From Desulfobacteraceae bacterium UBA2174 (GTDB taxonomy: Bacteria > Desulfobacterota > Desulfobacteria > Desulfobacterales > UBA2174), in assembly GCA_002327445.1 (NCBI GenBank), contig DCWA01000019.1:7035-71034 (forward strand): a stretch of DNA of 64,000 nucleotides, written 5' to 3'. A program made the translations under genes and the position numbers. Below, piece after piece: positions 1-8,132 of the stretch (the first letter of the stretch is position 1; each line of letters opens with the position of its first letter). Under the pieces are notes generated by a model. That model did no database searches and had not been told where the DNA came from. It saw nothing but the letters and a program-made list of their open reading frames with translations.

Positions 1-1152
1 GGGAAAAGAACGGCGGTAGTGGCTGGCGACGCAGGCCTCCACGATTCGGCCGCAGTCTTCCGGATTTTCCAGCATGGGTCGCAGCCGCTCGCTGAAAGGG
101 TCTTTGGCGGGTTTGAGCCAGGAATTGACCGCGTGAAGGATGAACGGATCGGTAAACATCACCTTGCGTGCCTTTTTGGGCGCTGCAATGAGTTTATCCT
201 CCAGCAGCGCCGGTTGAACGAAGAGCACATCCATGGATTCCAGAAGGCTGATGTAATCGGAGACGGTCTGGGGATGATCGATGGCAAGATCCTGGCACAG
301 GGCATTCCAGGTGACCTGGGATCCCATGCGCCGCAGCACCGAATCCAGGACCTGCCGCAGGTAATGTTCCTGCTTGTGCCGCTTGAGGACATCCCCGCGG
401 ATCCAGTCGCTGTAGACCGCAAAAACCGCCGGCGGGATATGCCCGTGCTTGGCAATGGCGTTGATGGCGGTGAGAAAACCGCCGTGAATCAGGTATTTAT
501 CAAAAGCAGCAAACAGACGATCCATGGCCTCGGTGCTCAGGGCCGAGACCATGGCGGCGTCGCGCTCGGAGGGCGACAAGGCCTGGACGAATGTCACAAA
601 CTCGCCGAAACTGAGCGGAAAAAGCCGGAAATCGACTTTGTCCGCCATCCCTCTTCGACCGGGAAAGCGCATCCGCGCTTCCCGGATGATGACCATGTCC
701 GATCCGGTAATTACCAGGATCACATTTTCCAGGGCGCCGCTGTCGGCCAGAAATTTCACCCCTTTATCCCAGGAGCGGGTGTAGGTGATTTCATCCAGGA
801 TAACGAATCGCAAACCCTCTTTCGGGGTTTCGGCATCTTGCAGATACATGTTGACCAACTGCACCAGGGCATGCTGGTCGTCGATCAGCTCTCCGGTGAA
901 AAAGACCATGGCGTGCGGCGGGACGCCCTTTTCGAGCAGGTGCCCCATCCATTGCTTGAGCAAAGAGGTCTTGCCGATCTGACGGCCGCCGCTGATGGTG
1001 TAGATTCCCGGCAAGTCGGTGGGCAGGCGGTCGATCAGGGGGAAGCGGTACACCAGGGGTTGCCGGCTCAGGACTTTCAGGTGCGGATCCTGCGCGGCGA
1101 ACAACTCCGGGCTTTCCAGGTGCAGGTTGTGTGGAGCGAAACGGATATCCAT
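1..1152 (-). CDS. AAA+ ATPase with DUF4143-type C-terminal region (3' end runs off window)
   Basis: Minus frame is open from ATG at 1152 (AGGAAG RBS-like upstream) to position 1. It is absent from the ORF track because there is no in-window stop. My translation MDIRFAPHNL...GIYTISGGRQIGKTSLL (Walker A), FVILDEIT (Walker B), and the C-terminal part resembles AAA_14/DUF4143 ATPases. Confidence 0.8.
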   Translation of the reverse strand, partial: MDIRFAPHNLHLESPELFAAQDPHLKVLSRQPLVYRFPLIDRLPTDLPGIYTISGGRQIGKTSLLKQWMGHLLEKGVPPHAMVFFTGELIDDQHALVQLVNMYLQDAETPKEGLRFVILDEITYTRSWDKGVKFLADSGALENVILVITGSDMVIIREARMRFPGRRGMADKVDFRLFPLSFGEFVTFVQALSPSERDAAMVSALSTEAMDRLFAAFDKYLIHGGFLTAINAIAKHGHIPPAVFAVYSDWIRGDVLKRHKQEHYLRQVLDSVLRRMGSQVTWNALCQDLAIDHPQTVSDYISLLESMDVLFVQPALLEDKLIAAPKKARKVMFTDPFILHAVNSWLKPAKDPFSERLRPMLENPEDCGRIVEACVASHYRRSFP

Positions 1153-1167
1153 AGGGGTCGCTTCCTT

Positions 1168-1183
1168 TGAATAAGTTTATTCA
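1168..1183. promoter_or_regulatory. Palindrome TGAATAA-GT-TTATTCA in AT-rich divergent promoter region (candidate operator)
   Basis: Read directly from the sequence. It lies between the divergent ATPase (start 1152) and arsR-like gene (start 1219). A second small inverted repeat, ATATT-G-AATAT, follows. Confidence 0.4.
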
Positions 1184-1218
1184 TTCCATATTGAATATAA
1201 TTTTTCAATCCATTTCAC

Positions 1219-1605
1219 ATGGAGGGAAACGAGAGCGCGCCTTTCTCAGAGGCATTCCCATTGAACGACGAACTTCTGCAGCGGATCGCTTTTCTGGCCA
1301 AATGCCTGTCGGACGGCAACCGTCTGAAGATTCTGCTGCTGGTCAGCCGGGGCCGCAAATCGGTATCGGCCATCGTGGAGGCGCTCGATCTCTCCCAGCC
1401 GCTGGTATCGCCTCATCTGAAGGAATTGAAGCGATCACTGCTGGTGGAAGTGGAACGCGAAGGCCCGTTTGTGTTTTACCATCTGGCGGATGACAGGATT
1501 TTAGATGTACTGAAAATTTTAGGGGATGTGTCAACCGATTGCCTGGAGAACCGCAAGGGCTTCTATCCCCGCGAAGGAAAACCAAGCTTATGGATGAGCT
1601 GTTGA
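1219..1605 (+). CDS. ArsR/SmtB-family HTH transcriptional regulator
   Basis: 128 aa. LAKCLSDGNRLKILLLV...SVSAIVEALDLSQPLVSPHLKELK is a typical ArsR winged-helix core. Confidence 0.8.
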   Translation: MEGNESAPFSEAFPLNDELLQRIAFLAKCLSDGNRLKILLLVSRGRKSVSAIVEALDLSQPLVSPHLKELKRSLLVEVEREGPFVFYHLADDRILDVLKILGDVSTDCLENRKGFYPREGKPSLWMSC

Positions 1606-1672
1606 GAATCGTTTCCCGCAGCGGGGCGGTTTTCATTTTTTCGAAACTCAAGAGGGAAGGGAAGTTAAACTT

Positions 1673-1996
1673 TTGAAAGGCACAAAATACCAGGAAATCA
1701 GTGCCGCCCGGGAGATCTTGCAGTTGCCGCAAGTGGCGACGATGGCCGAGATCAAGGCCGGCTACCGGCGACTGCTGTCCCAATGGCATCCGGACAAGGG
1801 GGGAGCGGACCCGGAAAAGTGCGCCGAGATGACGCGCCGCATCATTTCCGCCTATGAGACGCTCCTGGATTATTGCCGGCACTACCGGTACGATTTTTCG
1901 GAAGAAGTTGTGAAAAGGCACCAATCCCCCGAAGAATGGTGGTTCGAGCGCTTCGGGGACGACCCGCTCTGGGGAAGCGGCGCCAAACACCATTGA
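1673..1996 (+). CDS. Small J-domain (DnaJ-domain) protein
   Basis: 107 aa. ...MAEIKAGYRRLLSQWHPDKGG... contains the HPD tripeptide in J-domain context. The TTG start in the track is uncertain; the ATG at 1741 is an alternative. Confidence 0.7.
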   Translation: MKGTKYQEISAAREILQLPQVATMAEIKAGYRRLLSQWHPDKGGADPEKCAEMTRRIISAYETLLDYCRHYRYDFSEEVVKRHQSPEEWWFERFGDDPLWGSGAKHH

Positions 1997-2068
1997 GCGC
2001 TGTTTCTGATCAACCCGGGCGGCACTTGACCGAATGTGGCCAAAAGAGCAAGGGCCAAAAGGTGGAAT

Positions 2069-2689
2069 ATGGCGAAGATCGAAGCCTTCGAGCGTTTCAG
2101 CGACGTGTATGATGCGTGGTTTGAAGAAAACGCCGACAAGTACGAAGCCGAACTTGCCTTGATCCGGAGGCTGTTGCCGGCCTCCGGCGCCGGGGGAATC
2201 GAAGTCGGGATCGGCTCGGGAAAGTTCGCCGTGCCCTTCGGCATTCGCACCGGCGTGGAACCCTCACGGGAGATGGCCATCAAGGCACGGCTGCAGGGCA
2301 TCCAGGTCATCGCCGGGGTCGCCGAACACCTTCCCCTGATAAAGGATTGTTTCGATTTCGTCCTGATGGTGACCACCATCTGCTTTGTCGATGACTTGAG
2401 TGCAACCTTCGCGGAAGCCTGGCGGGTGCTGAAACCCGGCGGGTGGTTCGTGGTGGGATTCGTGGACAAGGAAAGCGATCTGGGGCGGCACTACGAAGCC
2501 CACCGGGACCAAAGCCGGTTCTACCGGGAGGCCACCTTCTTTTCCATTTGGGAGGTGATGGCTCACCTGGAGGCGGCGGGTTTCCGCATCGACCGTATCG
2601 AGCAGACGCTGATACCGGGGGATAAGGGGGGGCGGATCCTGGACGGATTCGGCCAGGGGGCCTTTGTCGGCCTGAGAGGGGTGAAGTGA
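2069..2689 (+). CDS. Class I SAM-dependent methyltransferase
   Basis: Motif I GIEVGIGSGKF, then post-I/II ...FDFVLMVTTICFVDD...LKPGGWFVVGF. ATG at 2069 (MAKIEAF) is preferred over the track start at 2036. Confidence 0.8.
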   Translation: MAKIEAFERFSDVYDAWFEENADKYEAELALIRRLLPASGAGGIEVGIGSGKFAVPFGIRTGVEPSREMAIKARLQGIQVIAGVAEHLPLIKDCFDFVLMVTTICFVDDLSATFAEAWRVLKPGGWFVVGFVDKESDLGRHYEAHRDQSRFYREATFFSIWEVMAHLEAAGFRIDRIEQTLIPGDKGGRILDGFGQGAFVGLRGVK

Positions 2690-2696
2690 TTTTAAA

Positions 2697-2976
2697 TGGA
2701 TGACTTGTATGAACTTGCCGCGGAGGCGGACAAGGTGTTAACTTTTTAAAATGCCGCGACGCCCGGTCCACTTGGTGCGGAGGCGGTTGAGCTGGATTGA
2801 CGGCGGATGTTTATGCAGCGGGCCAAAAGATCGGAAAATCGGCAATGAAAGAAAATGAGGCCATCGTCCGCACGGTGCTGCACCATTATCCCGCGGTCCA
2901 GGGAATTTATCTTTTCGGATCCCGGGCCTCAGGAGACGATCGGCCGGACAGCGATATGGACTTGGCCTTGCTGTTC
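2697..2976. repeat. Copy 1 of a ~280-bp direct repeat (dsrE-like 3' tail remnant + spacer + mntA 5' part)
   Basis: Aligns by eye with 4029-4311 at roughly 85-90% identity, e.g. GAACTTGCCGCGGAGGCGGACAAGGTGTTAACTTTTTAA and GATCGGAAAATCGGCAATGAAAGA. It begins with an orphan reading MDDLYELAAEADKVLTF*. Confidence 0.85.
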
Positions 2977-3255
2977 GGCCATGAACAATCCAAGCATCCC
3001 GGGTTGTTGGCGTTAAGCGAGTGTCGTTTCCACCTGGAAGAGGCGCTGGGTAAATCCGTCGATCTGGTCAATGCCAGGATGGTTTCAACCGTGTTGCAGA
3101 AAGAAATCATCTCGGGCGATTTGATCTTTTGTGCCAATCGATTCGCCGTCGATGAGTTCGAGATGATCGTCCTTTCACAGTACCAACGACTCAATCGAGA
3201 GCGGGCTGATATACTCGAATCGTTTCGAAAAACCAAGAGGGCCTACGCCGTATGA
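2845..3255 (+). CDS. mntA: MntA-type nucleotidyltransferase antitoxin (type VII TA)
   Basis: GSRASGDDRPDSDMDLALL fits the minimal nucleotidyltransferase GS-x10-DxD pattern. Coupled by ATGA overlap to the downstream DUF86 gene. ATG at 2845 (MKENEAIV) preferred. Confidence 0.8.
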   Translation: MKENEAIVRTVLHHYPAVQGIYLFGSRASGDDRPDSDMDLALLFGHEQSKHPGLLALSECRFHLEEALGKSVDLVNARMVSTVLQKEIISGDLIFCANRFAVDEFEMIVLSQYQRLNRERADILESFRKTKRAYAV

Positions 3256-3674
3256 ACGACGTTGCGATCAACAAGATCCAGAGCATCCAGCGCTGCGTCC
3301 AACGGGCACGAGAGGAATTTCGAAGCGATCCGGAAGGCTTCGGCACCAATTACACGTTGCAGGACGCCGCCATCCTCAACGTGTTGCGGGCTTGTGAGCA
3401 GGCCATAGACTTGGCCAATCACGTCATCCGGCTCGGCAAGATGGGGATTCCCAATACCAGCGCGGAAAGCTTCGACCTGTTGCGCAACAAATCCGTCATC
3501 GATGCCGATCTGGCCGTAAGGCTCAAGAAAATGATTGGCTTTCGCAACACGATCATTCATGAATATCAACGGATGAACTTGGATATCGTCAAGACGGTGA
3601 TTGTTTCCGGACTCGATGATCTGATCACCTTCGCAGACCGGGTCATGGCCTTTCTAGATTCCTCGGTCGCCTGA
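3252..3674 (+). CDS. hepT: HepT/DUF86 RNase toxin (type VII TA)
   Basis: 140 aa. GFRNTIIHEYQ matches the R-x4-H-x-Y HEPN motif. Sits immediately downstream of mntA. Confidence 0.8.
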   Translation: MNDVAINKIQSIQRCVQRAREEFRSDPEGFGTNYTLQDAAILNVLRACEQAIDLANHVIRLGKMGIPNTSAESFDLLRNKSVIDADLAVRLKKMIGFRNTIIHEYQRMNLDIVKTVIVSGLDDLITFADRVMAFLDSSVA

Positions 3675-3762
3675 TGCGCACCATCGGTCGCCGTAACCCC
3701 CCGACGGCGAGCAACTCTTCCCCTCGCACAGGGGGGCTTCCCCATTCCCTTGGCCAATACGG

Positions 3763-4085
3763 ATGGCGAATCGATGTGAAAAATTGTTCATCATTACCAG
3801 CGACGACGGCGAGACCATTTACAATGGCATGCGGCTGGCCAACGTGGGGGTCAAGAAGGTCGATGAGGTCGGCGTGTTCATGCTCGGCAATGGGGTGTGC
3901 TTCGCGCAGGCCGGCAGCGAGGCTTACGATGTCATGGGCCAGATCAACGGTTCGGCGGCGATTTTTTCGTCTGAGGGGTCTGCATGAAATCCCACGGTCT
4001 GGTGGGATCCGGCACCTGCCCCATCGGTTGGATGTACGATTTGTACGAACTTGCCGCGGAGGCGGACAAGGTGTTAACTTTTTAA
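3763..4085 (+). pseudogene. DsrE/YchN-like small protein, disrupted: apparent 1-nt frameshift near 3949-3953 plus in-frame TGA (3972-3974) at a conserved Cys position (possible Sec)
   Basis: Frame 1 gives MANRCEKLFIITSDDGETIYNGMRLANVG...MGQING. The frame starting at codon 3954 gives FGGDFFV-TGA-GVCMKSHGLVGSGTCPIGWMYDLYELAAEADKVLTF*. The C-terminal part resembles the ...CGTC...CP...DLY.L...DKV..F tail of DsrE-like proteins, recalled from memory. Confidence 0.6.
3989..4008 (+). promoter_or_regulatory. SECIS-like RNA hairpin downstream of the TGA at 3972
   Basis: 7-bp stem ATCCCAC/GTGGGAT with loop GGTCTG. The loop starts 21 nt after the TGA and begins GGUC, like the E. coli fdhF SECIS apical loop as I recall it. 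Confidence 0.45.
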
Positions 4086-4311
4086 ATACCCGGACGCCCG
4101 GCGCTACTTGGCGCGGAGGCGCTTGAGCCGCGTTGACGGCGGAGGTTCATGCAGCGGGCCAGAAGATCGGAAAATCGGCAATGAAAGACAATGAGGCCAT
4201 CGTCCCCACGGTGTTGCGCCATTGTCCCGCGGTTCAGGGAATTTACCTTTTCGGGTCCCGGGCCTCAGGAGACAATCGGCCGGACAGCGATACGGACTTG
4301 GCCTTGCTGTT
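4029..4311. repeat. Copy 2 of the ~280-bp direct repeat (intact dsrE-like 3' end + spacer + truncated mntA)
   Basis: See copy 1. Similarity ends abruptly after ...GCCTTGCTGTTC at 4311. Confidence 0.85.
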
Positions 4312-4384
4312 CCCCGGTTCAATGCCGGCCTTATGCCATATTGGGCATTTGACATGGTCCTCAAAAAATTCTAAAAACCACTGA
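4133..4384 (+). pseudogene. Truncated second copy of mntA (5' ~45 codons only)
   Basis: MKDNEAIVPTVLRHCPAVQGIYLFGSRASGDNRPDSDTDLALLF matches MntA up to 4311. It then diverges into unrelated sequence and stops, and no hepT partner follows. Confidence 0.75.
4349..4377 (+). promoter_or_regulatory. Candidate sigma-70 promoter for the lysR-family gene
   Basis: TTGACA (4349-4354), 17-nt spacer, TAAAAA (4372-4377). About 45 nt upstream of the ATG at 4422. Confidence 0.35.
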
Positions 4385-4421
4385 TCTTGTGCGACCACTC
4401 AAGAACTGCGGCGGATTTCCG

Positions 4422-5339
4422 ATGGACTTGAATTTGTTTTCAATCAAAGTATTTCTCAAGGTGGCCGAGACGATGAGTTTCACTCAGGCCGCCAATGAGT
4501 TGGTGCTTTCCCAGCCCGCTGTCAGTCTTCAGGTCCAGAAGATCGAGCAGATTTTTCACACCCCGCTTTTTATCCGAAAAAAAACCGGTCGAATCGCCCT
4601 GACGGAAGCCGGAAAGTGCTTCCTGGGGCATGCCGAAGAGCTGTTGCGGCTTCAGCGAACGGTTTTCAAAGACATGGAAAGGTATTCCCCGGCGCTGCGA
4701 AGAGAGGTGCGTATCGGCGCTTGTTGTATCGCCGGGGAACAACTTCTGCCGCTGGGCTTAAGGGCTTTTCGAGAAGCTCATCCGTCCTCCGAGCTGATGC
4801 TGACCATCACAAAATGTGAGGAAGTGATCAAGGGGCTCTTGGCCGGCGACCTTGATGTCGGAGTGATCGGTCTTGAGCCAAAAAGTCGATTTCTGCATAA
4901 AAAGCAACTGATACGCGTTGCCCTGGTTTGGTTTGAAAGTGGAAAGACCCAGCCCCCCACCGGCACCACCGATCTGAAAGGACTGCAAAACAACCGCATC
5001 ATTCTGCGTGAAAAAGGTTCTGGCGCCCGGGCGGAATTCGAAAGCTTTCTTGCCCGAAACAAGATGGATTTGCAGCAGTTTTCATTGGTTAGCGAGTCCG
5101 AAAGCAACGAGGCGATCAAGAATCTGGTCGAGGATGGATACGGGGTCTCGCTGCTTCCGGAATTCATGGTCCGCAAAGACATCGATCTCGGGACGTTGGC
5201 CGAAATCCATCTCAAAGAGGGCAATCCGATTCAGACCTTCTATTTGACGTACCGCAAACAGGATCCGCCCTCAGCCATGGTCAAGGAATTGATCACTTTT
5301 TTGTCGCGGTATCCCATCGGCAAATCCGTTGCAGCCTGA
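4422..5339 (+). CDS. LysR-family transcriptional regulator
   Basis: MDLNLFSIKVFLKVAETMSFTQAANELVLSQPAVSLQVQKIEQ is a canonical LysR HTH, followed by a substrate-binding domain. ATG at 4422 preferred over GTG at 4389. Confidence 0.85.
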   Translation: MDLNLFSIKVFLKVAETMSFTQAANELVLSQPAVSLQVQKIEQIFHTPLFIRKKTGRIALTEAGKCFLGHAEELLRLQRTVFKDMERYSPALRREVRIGACCIAGEQLLPLGLRAFREAHPSSELMLTITKCEEVIKGLLAGDLDVGVIGLEPKSRFLHKKQLIRVALVWFESGKTQPPTGTTDLKGLQNNRIILREKGSGARAEFESFLARNKMDLQQFSLVSESESNEAIKNLVEDGYGVSLLPEFMVRKDIDLGTLAEIHLKEGNPIQTFYLTYRKQDPPSAMVKELITFLSRYPIGKSVAA

Positions 5340-5414
5340 ATCGGCAGGATTGATCGCCACCTCCATTTCCACCGCCGTTCATCACTTCTCCTTATAGGCT
5401 TATCCAGTTTTTGA

Positions 5415-5432
5415 ATGGCCTGATGAGGCCAT
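5415..5432. promoter_or_regulatory. Inverted repeat ATGGCCT-GATG-AGGCCAT (candidate LysR-type site)
   Basis: Read directly. Lies between lysR and the downstream Tat-exported redox gene. Confidence 0.3.
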
Positions 5433-5657
5433 GAATATTACTCATTTGACCGGCGACGGTTGCTGACCTAATGAACTCCGGGGACTCTCAGGAAAATTGC
5501 TGTTTTGAGCGTAGCCTCAGCTCTCGGGGTTTCCCCGTGGCCCTTCGGGAACGACGACGGTTGTGTCTTCGACGCCGCCTGGATTTCTTTGAAGTCATTG
5601 GTCCGGCCTGAAGAGGAGCCGGTTTCGTCAATCCAGCAGCAACAGAATGGAGGGGGT

Positions 5658-6482
5658 ATGAGCCACATCGCAACGAGACGGGATTTTATTCGGCGCACAC
5701 TTAAAATCGGGGCGGTCGCCACAGCCGGGGTGGCCGGAGCGGCGGGGGTTGCGTCATTGCGTCCGCAACCCCTGTTTGCTGAAACCCCGAAGACCTTCGA
5801 ATGGCCGTGGCCCTACACGAAGCTTGACCCGGAAATGGGGCGTAAACTGGGTCACGACAGCTATTGGAGCGGCAAGGGCTGCTCCTATGCCGGCTTTCAC
5901 GGTATTGCCGGTCTGTTGCGCGAGGCCGTAGGGGAGCCCTACACGTCCCTGCCGTCCGAAATCATGATTTATGGGCACGGCGGCGGCGTCGGTTGGGGGG
6001 TGCTGTGCGGAGCCATAAACGGACCGGCGGCGCTGATTTCGTTGGTTTGTGAGAAAAAGGTCACCGACGTGCTGGTTTCAGAACTGTTCGGATGGTACAC
6101 CCAGACGCCGTTGCCGACGGACCTTGCCAATCAGTACGGGGTTGAGAAAAAATACGGGGTGAACAAATTCGACCAAGCCATTCCGGCCTGCGCAAGCGGC
6201 TCACCGCTGTGCCATGTCTCCTCCTCCACCTGGTGCAATGAAAACGGAGAAGAGATTACCTGCTTGCAGCGAATGGAGCGCTGTGCCCGCCTGACCGGGG
6301 ATTCGGTGGCACATGCCATCCAACTGCTGAACGCTCATTTTGACGGGACCTTCAAAAGCACGTTCGTCATGCCTGAATCCACCGCAACCTGCAATTCCTG
6401 CCATGGCGCCAACGGTGAAAAGGTCGACGCACTGACAAAAATGAATTGTCTGCAGTGCCACGAGGATCACAACAAGAGTTGA
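5658..6482 (+). CDS. Tat-exported C_GCAxxG_C_C-family redox protein with two C-terminal CxxCH haem-binding motifs (split-Soret cytochrome c-like)
   Basis: ATG at 5658 is preceded by GGAGGGGG. MSHIATRRDFIRRTLKIGA is a twin-arginine signal. GKGCSYAGFHG is a C-GCAxxG-type motif. CNSCH and CLQCH lie near the C-terminus. Confidence 0.65.
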   Translation: MSHIATRRDFIRRTLKIGAVATAGVAGAAGVASLRPQPLFAETPKTFEWPWPYTKLDPEMGRKLGHDSYWSGKGCSYAGFHGIAGLLREAVGEPYTSLPSEIMIYGHGGGVGWGVLCGAINGPAALISLVCEKKVTDVLVSELFGWYTQTPLPTDLANQYGVEKKYGVNKFDQAIPACASGSPLCHVSSSTWCNENGEEITCLQRMERCARLTGDSVAHAIQLLNAHFDGTFKSTFVMPESTATCNSCHGANGEKVDALTKMNCLQCHEDHNKS

Positions 6483-6508
6483 TCGGTCAAGCACGAGACG
6501 ATGCGGCG

Positions 6509-6547
6509 GGAGCCCCTGCCCGGAAAAGGCAGGGGCTCCGTTTTTTT
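6509..6547 (+). terminator. Rho-independent terminator
   Basis: 12-bp stem GGAGCCCCTGCC/GGCAGGGGCTCC, loop CGGAAAA, then G+TTTTTTT. Lies between convergent genes. Confidence 0.8.
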
Positions 6548-6573
6548 CATCTTGAATGGTGATGACCTTTTTT

Positions 6574-7404
6574 TCAGAGGGGAAGATTCAACCAGACGAA
6601 CACCCCGGTCATTTTTAACCCCATGTAGAACATCACGAGAATGAAAAGGTACTTGAGCTGTTTGGCGGGCAGCAGGTGGGCCGTGTTGGCGCCCACCACG
6701 GCCCAGGGGATGCTCACCCCGGCCAGGATGGCCCACTGGTACCAGTTGAGATACCCGGTGGAGTAGGGGGGCAGGCCGGCGACGCCCATTCCGTTGACGG
6801 CATAGGAGATGGCGCCGCCGAGGGCGGTGAAGATCATCAGGGCGGTGGATGTGCCCACGGCCTGGTGCATCTTGAACTTCAGGAAGTACACCATGATCGG
6901 GATCATGAGCACGCCGCCGCCGATACCGATGATGCCGGAGACGATGCCCAGTGGAAAACCCCACAGGATGAAAGCGGTGAGGCTGTAGCAAGGTTGATCC
7001 GTGATTTTGGGCGGCTTGGCGGTGAGCATGCGGACGGCGCCGAGAATCACAGCGGCCCCGAAGGCAGTGGTCAAAACCTTGCCAGGCAGATGCGAAGCGA
7101 TGAACGCACCGGCAAATGCGCCCAGGGCACCGGCGATGCCGAAGGTGATCCCCGCTTTCCAGAGAACGGCCTTTTTCTTGTGATGGGCCATGGCCCCGCT
7201 GAAGGCGGTGGGCAGCACCACGAGCAGATTGGTGCCGAAGGCAACGCGGATGGCGATGGTGGGGTCCACACCGATGGCCTTGAGCGCCCAGAACTGCACC
7301 GGCACCATGATGAAACAGCCGCCCACGCCCAGGAGCCCCGAGGCGAATCCCACCGCAATGCCGGTAGCCAACAACGCCACTACCTGTGCAGCTTGCATTT
7401 CCAT
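6574..7404 (-). CDS. TauE/SafE (TSUP) family anion permease
   Basis: 276 aa polytopic membrane protein with duplicated G-rich TM motifs (GLLGVGGCFIMVP, GIIGIGGGVLMIP). Confidence 0.75.
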   Translation of the reverse strand: MEMQAAQVVALLATGIAVGFASGLLGVGGCFIMVPVQFWALKAIGVDPTIAIRVAFGTNLLVVLPTAFSGAMAHHKKKAVLWKAGITFGIAGALGAFAGAFIASHLPGKVLTTAFGAAVILGAVRMLTAKPPKITDQPCYSLTAFILWGFPLGIVSGIIGIGGGVLMIPIMVYFLKFKMHQAVGTSTALMIFTALGGAISYAVNGMGVAGLPPYSTGYLNWYQWAILAGVSIPWAVVGANTAHLLPAKQLKYLFILVMFYMGLKMTGVFVWLNLPL

Positions 7405-7650
7405 TTTAGGCCGGCCTTTCTTTCATCCCATCGGCCGTGGAGTCAAACATGCCGGGCCGAACCACCGGCGCCCTGATCCGCGGCGGCCTGGATTTTTAAT
7501 TTATTCTAAATTTCGTCGGCAGTCTTAGCAAGGTTGGAGGTATGAGTCAACTTGGCGGATAGGTGGACAGAGTCAAAACCAGTGCCCGATCTGATCTTAA
7601 CATTCTCCAGATCGGCAGGGATAAAATCAGAGCGGATGATCCTCAATCCA

Positions 7651-8082
<432 letters not shown>

Positions 8083-8132
8083 CTTCGGAGATCTTCCTTT
8101 CCTGTCGGGATCATCATAGCCGGCGTCACGCG

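Noticed and set aside
19-1170. 383-aa plus-strand ORF from the track
   Set aside because: It is antisense to a minus-strand frame that encodes a clear Walker A/B AAA+ ATPase with an RBS. The plus-strand translation has no recognisable motif and has the Gly/Arg/His-rich composition typical of antisense ORFs in high-GC DNA.
7586-7615. Hairpin CCGATCTG-N14-CAGATCGG as terminator of the ars operon (minus strand)
   Set aside because: Only an 8-bp stem with a 14-nt loop, and a short TTTT that starts 7 nt after the stem. Plausible but not convincing enough to list as a feature.
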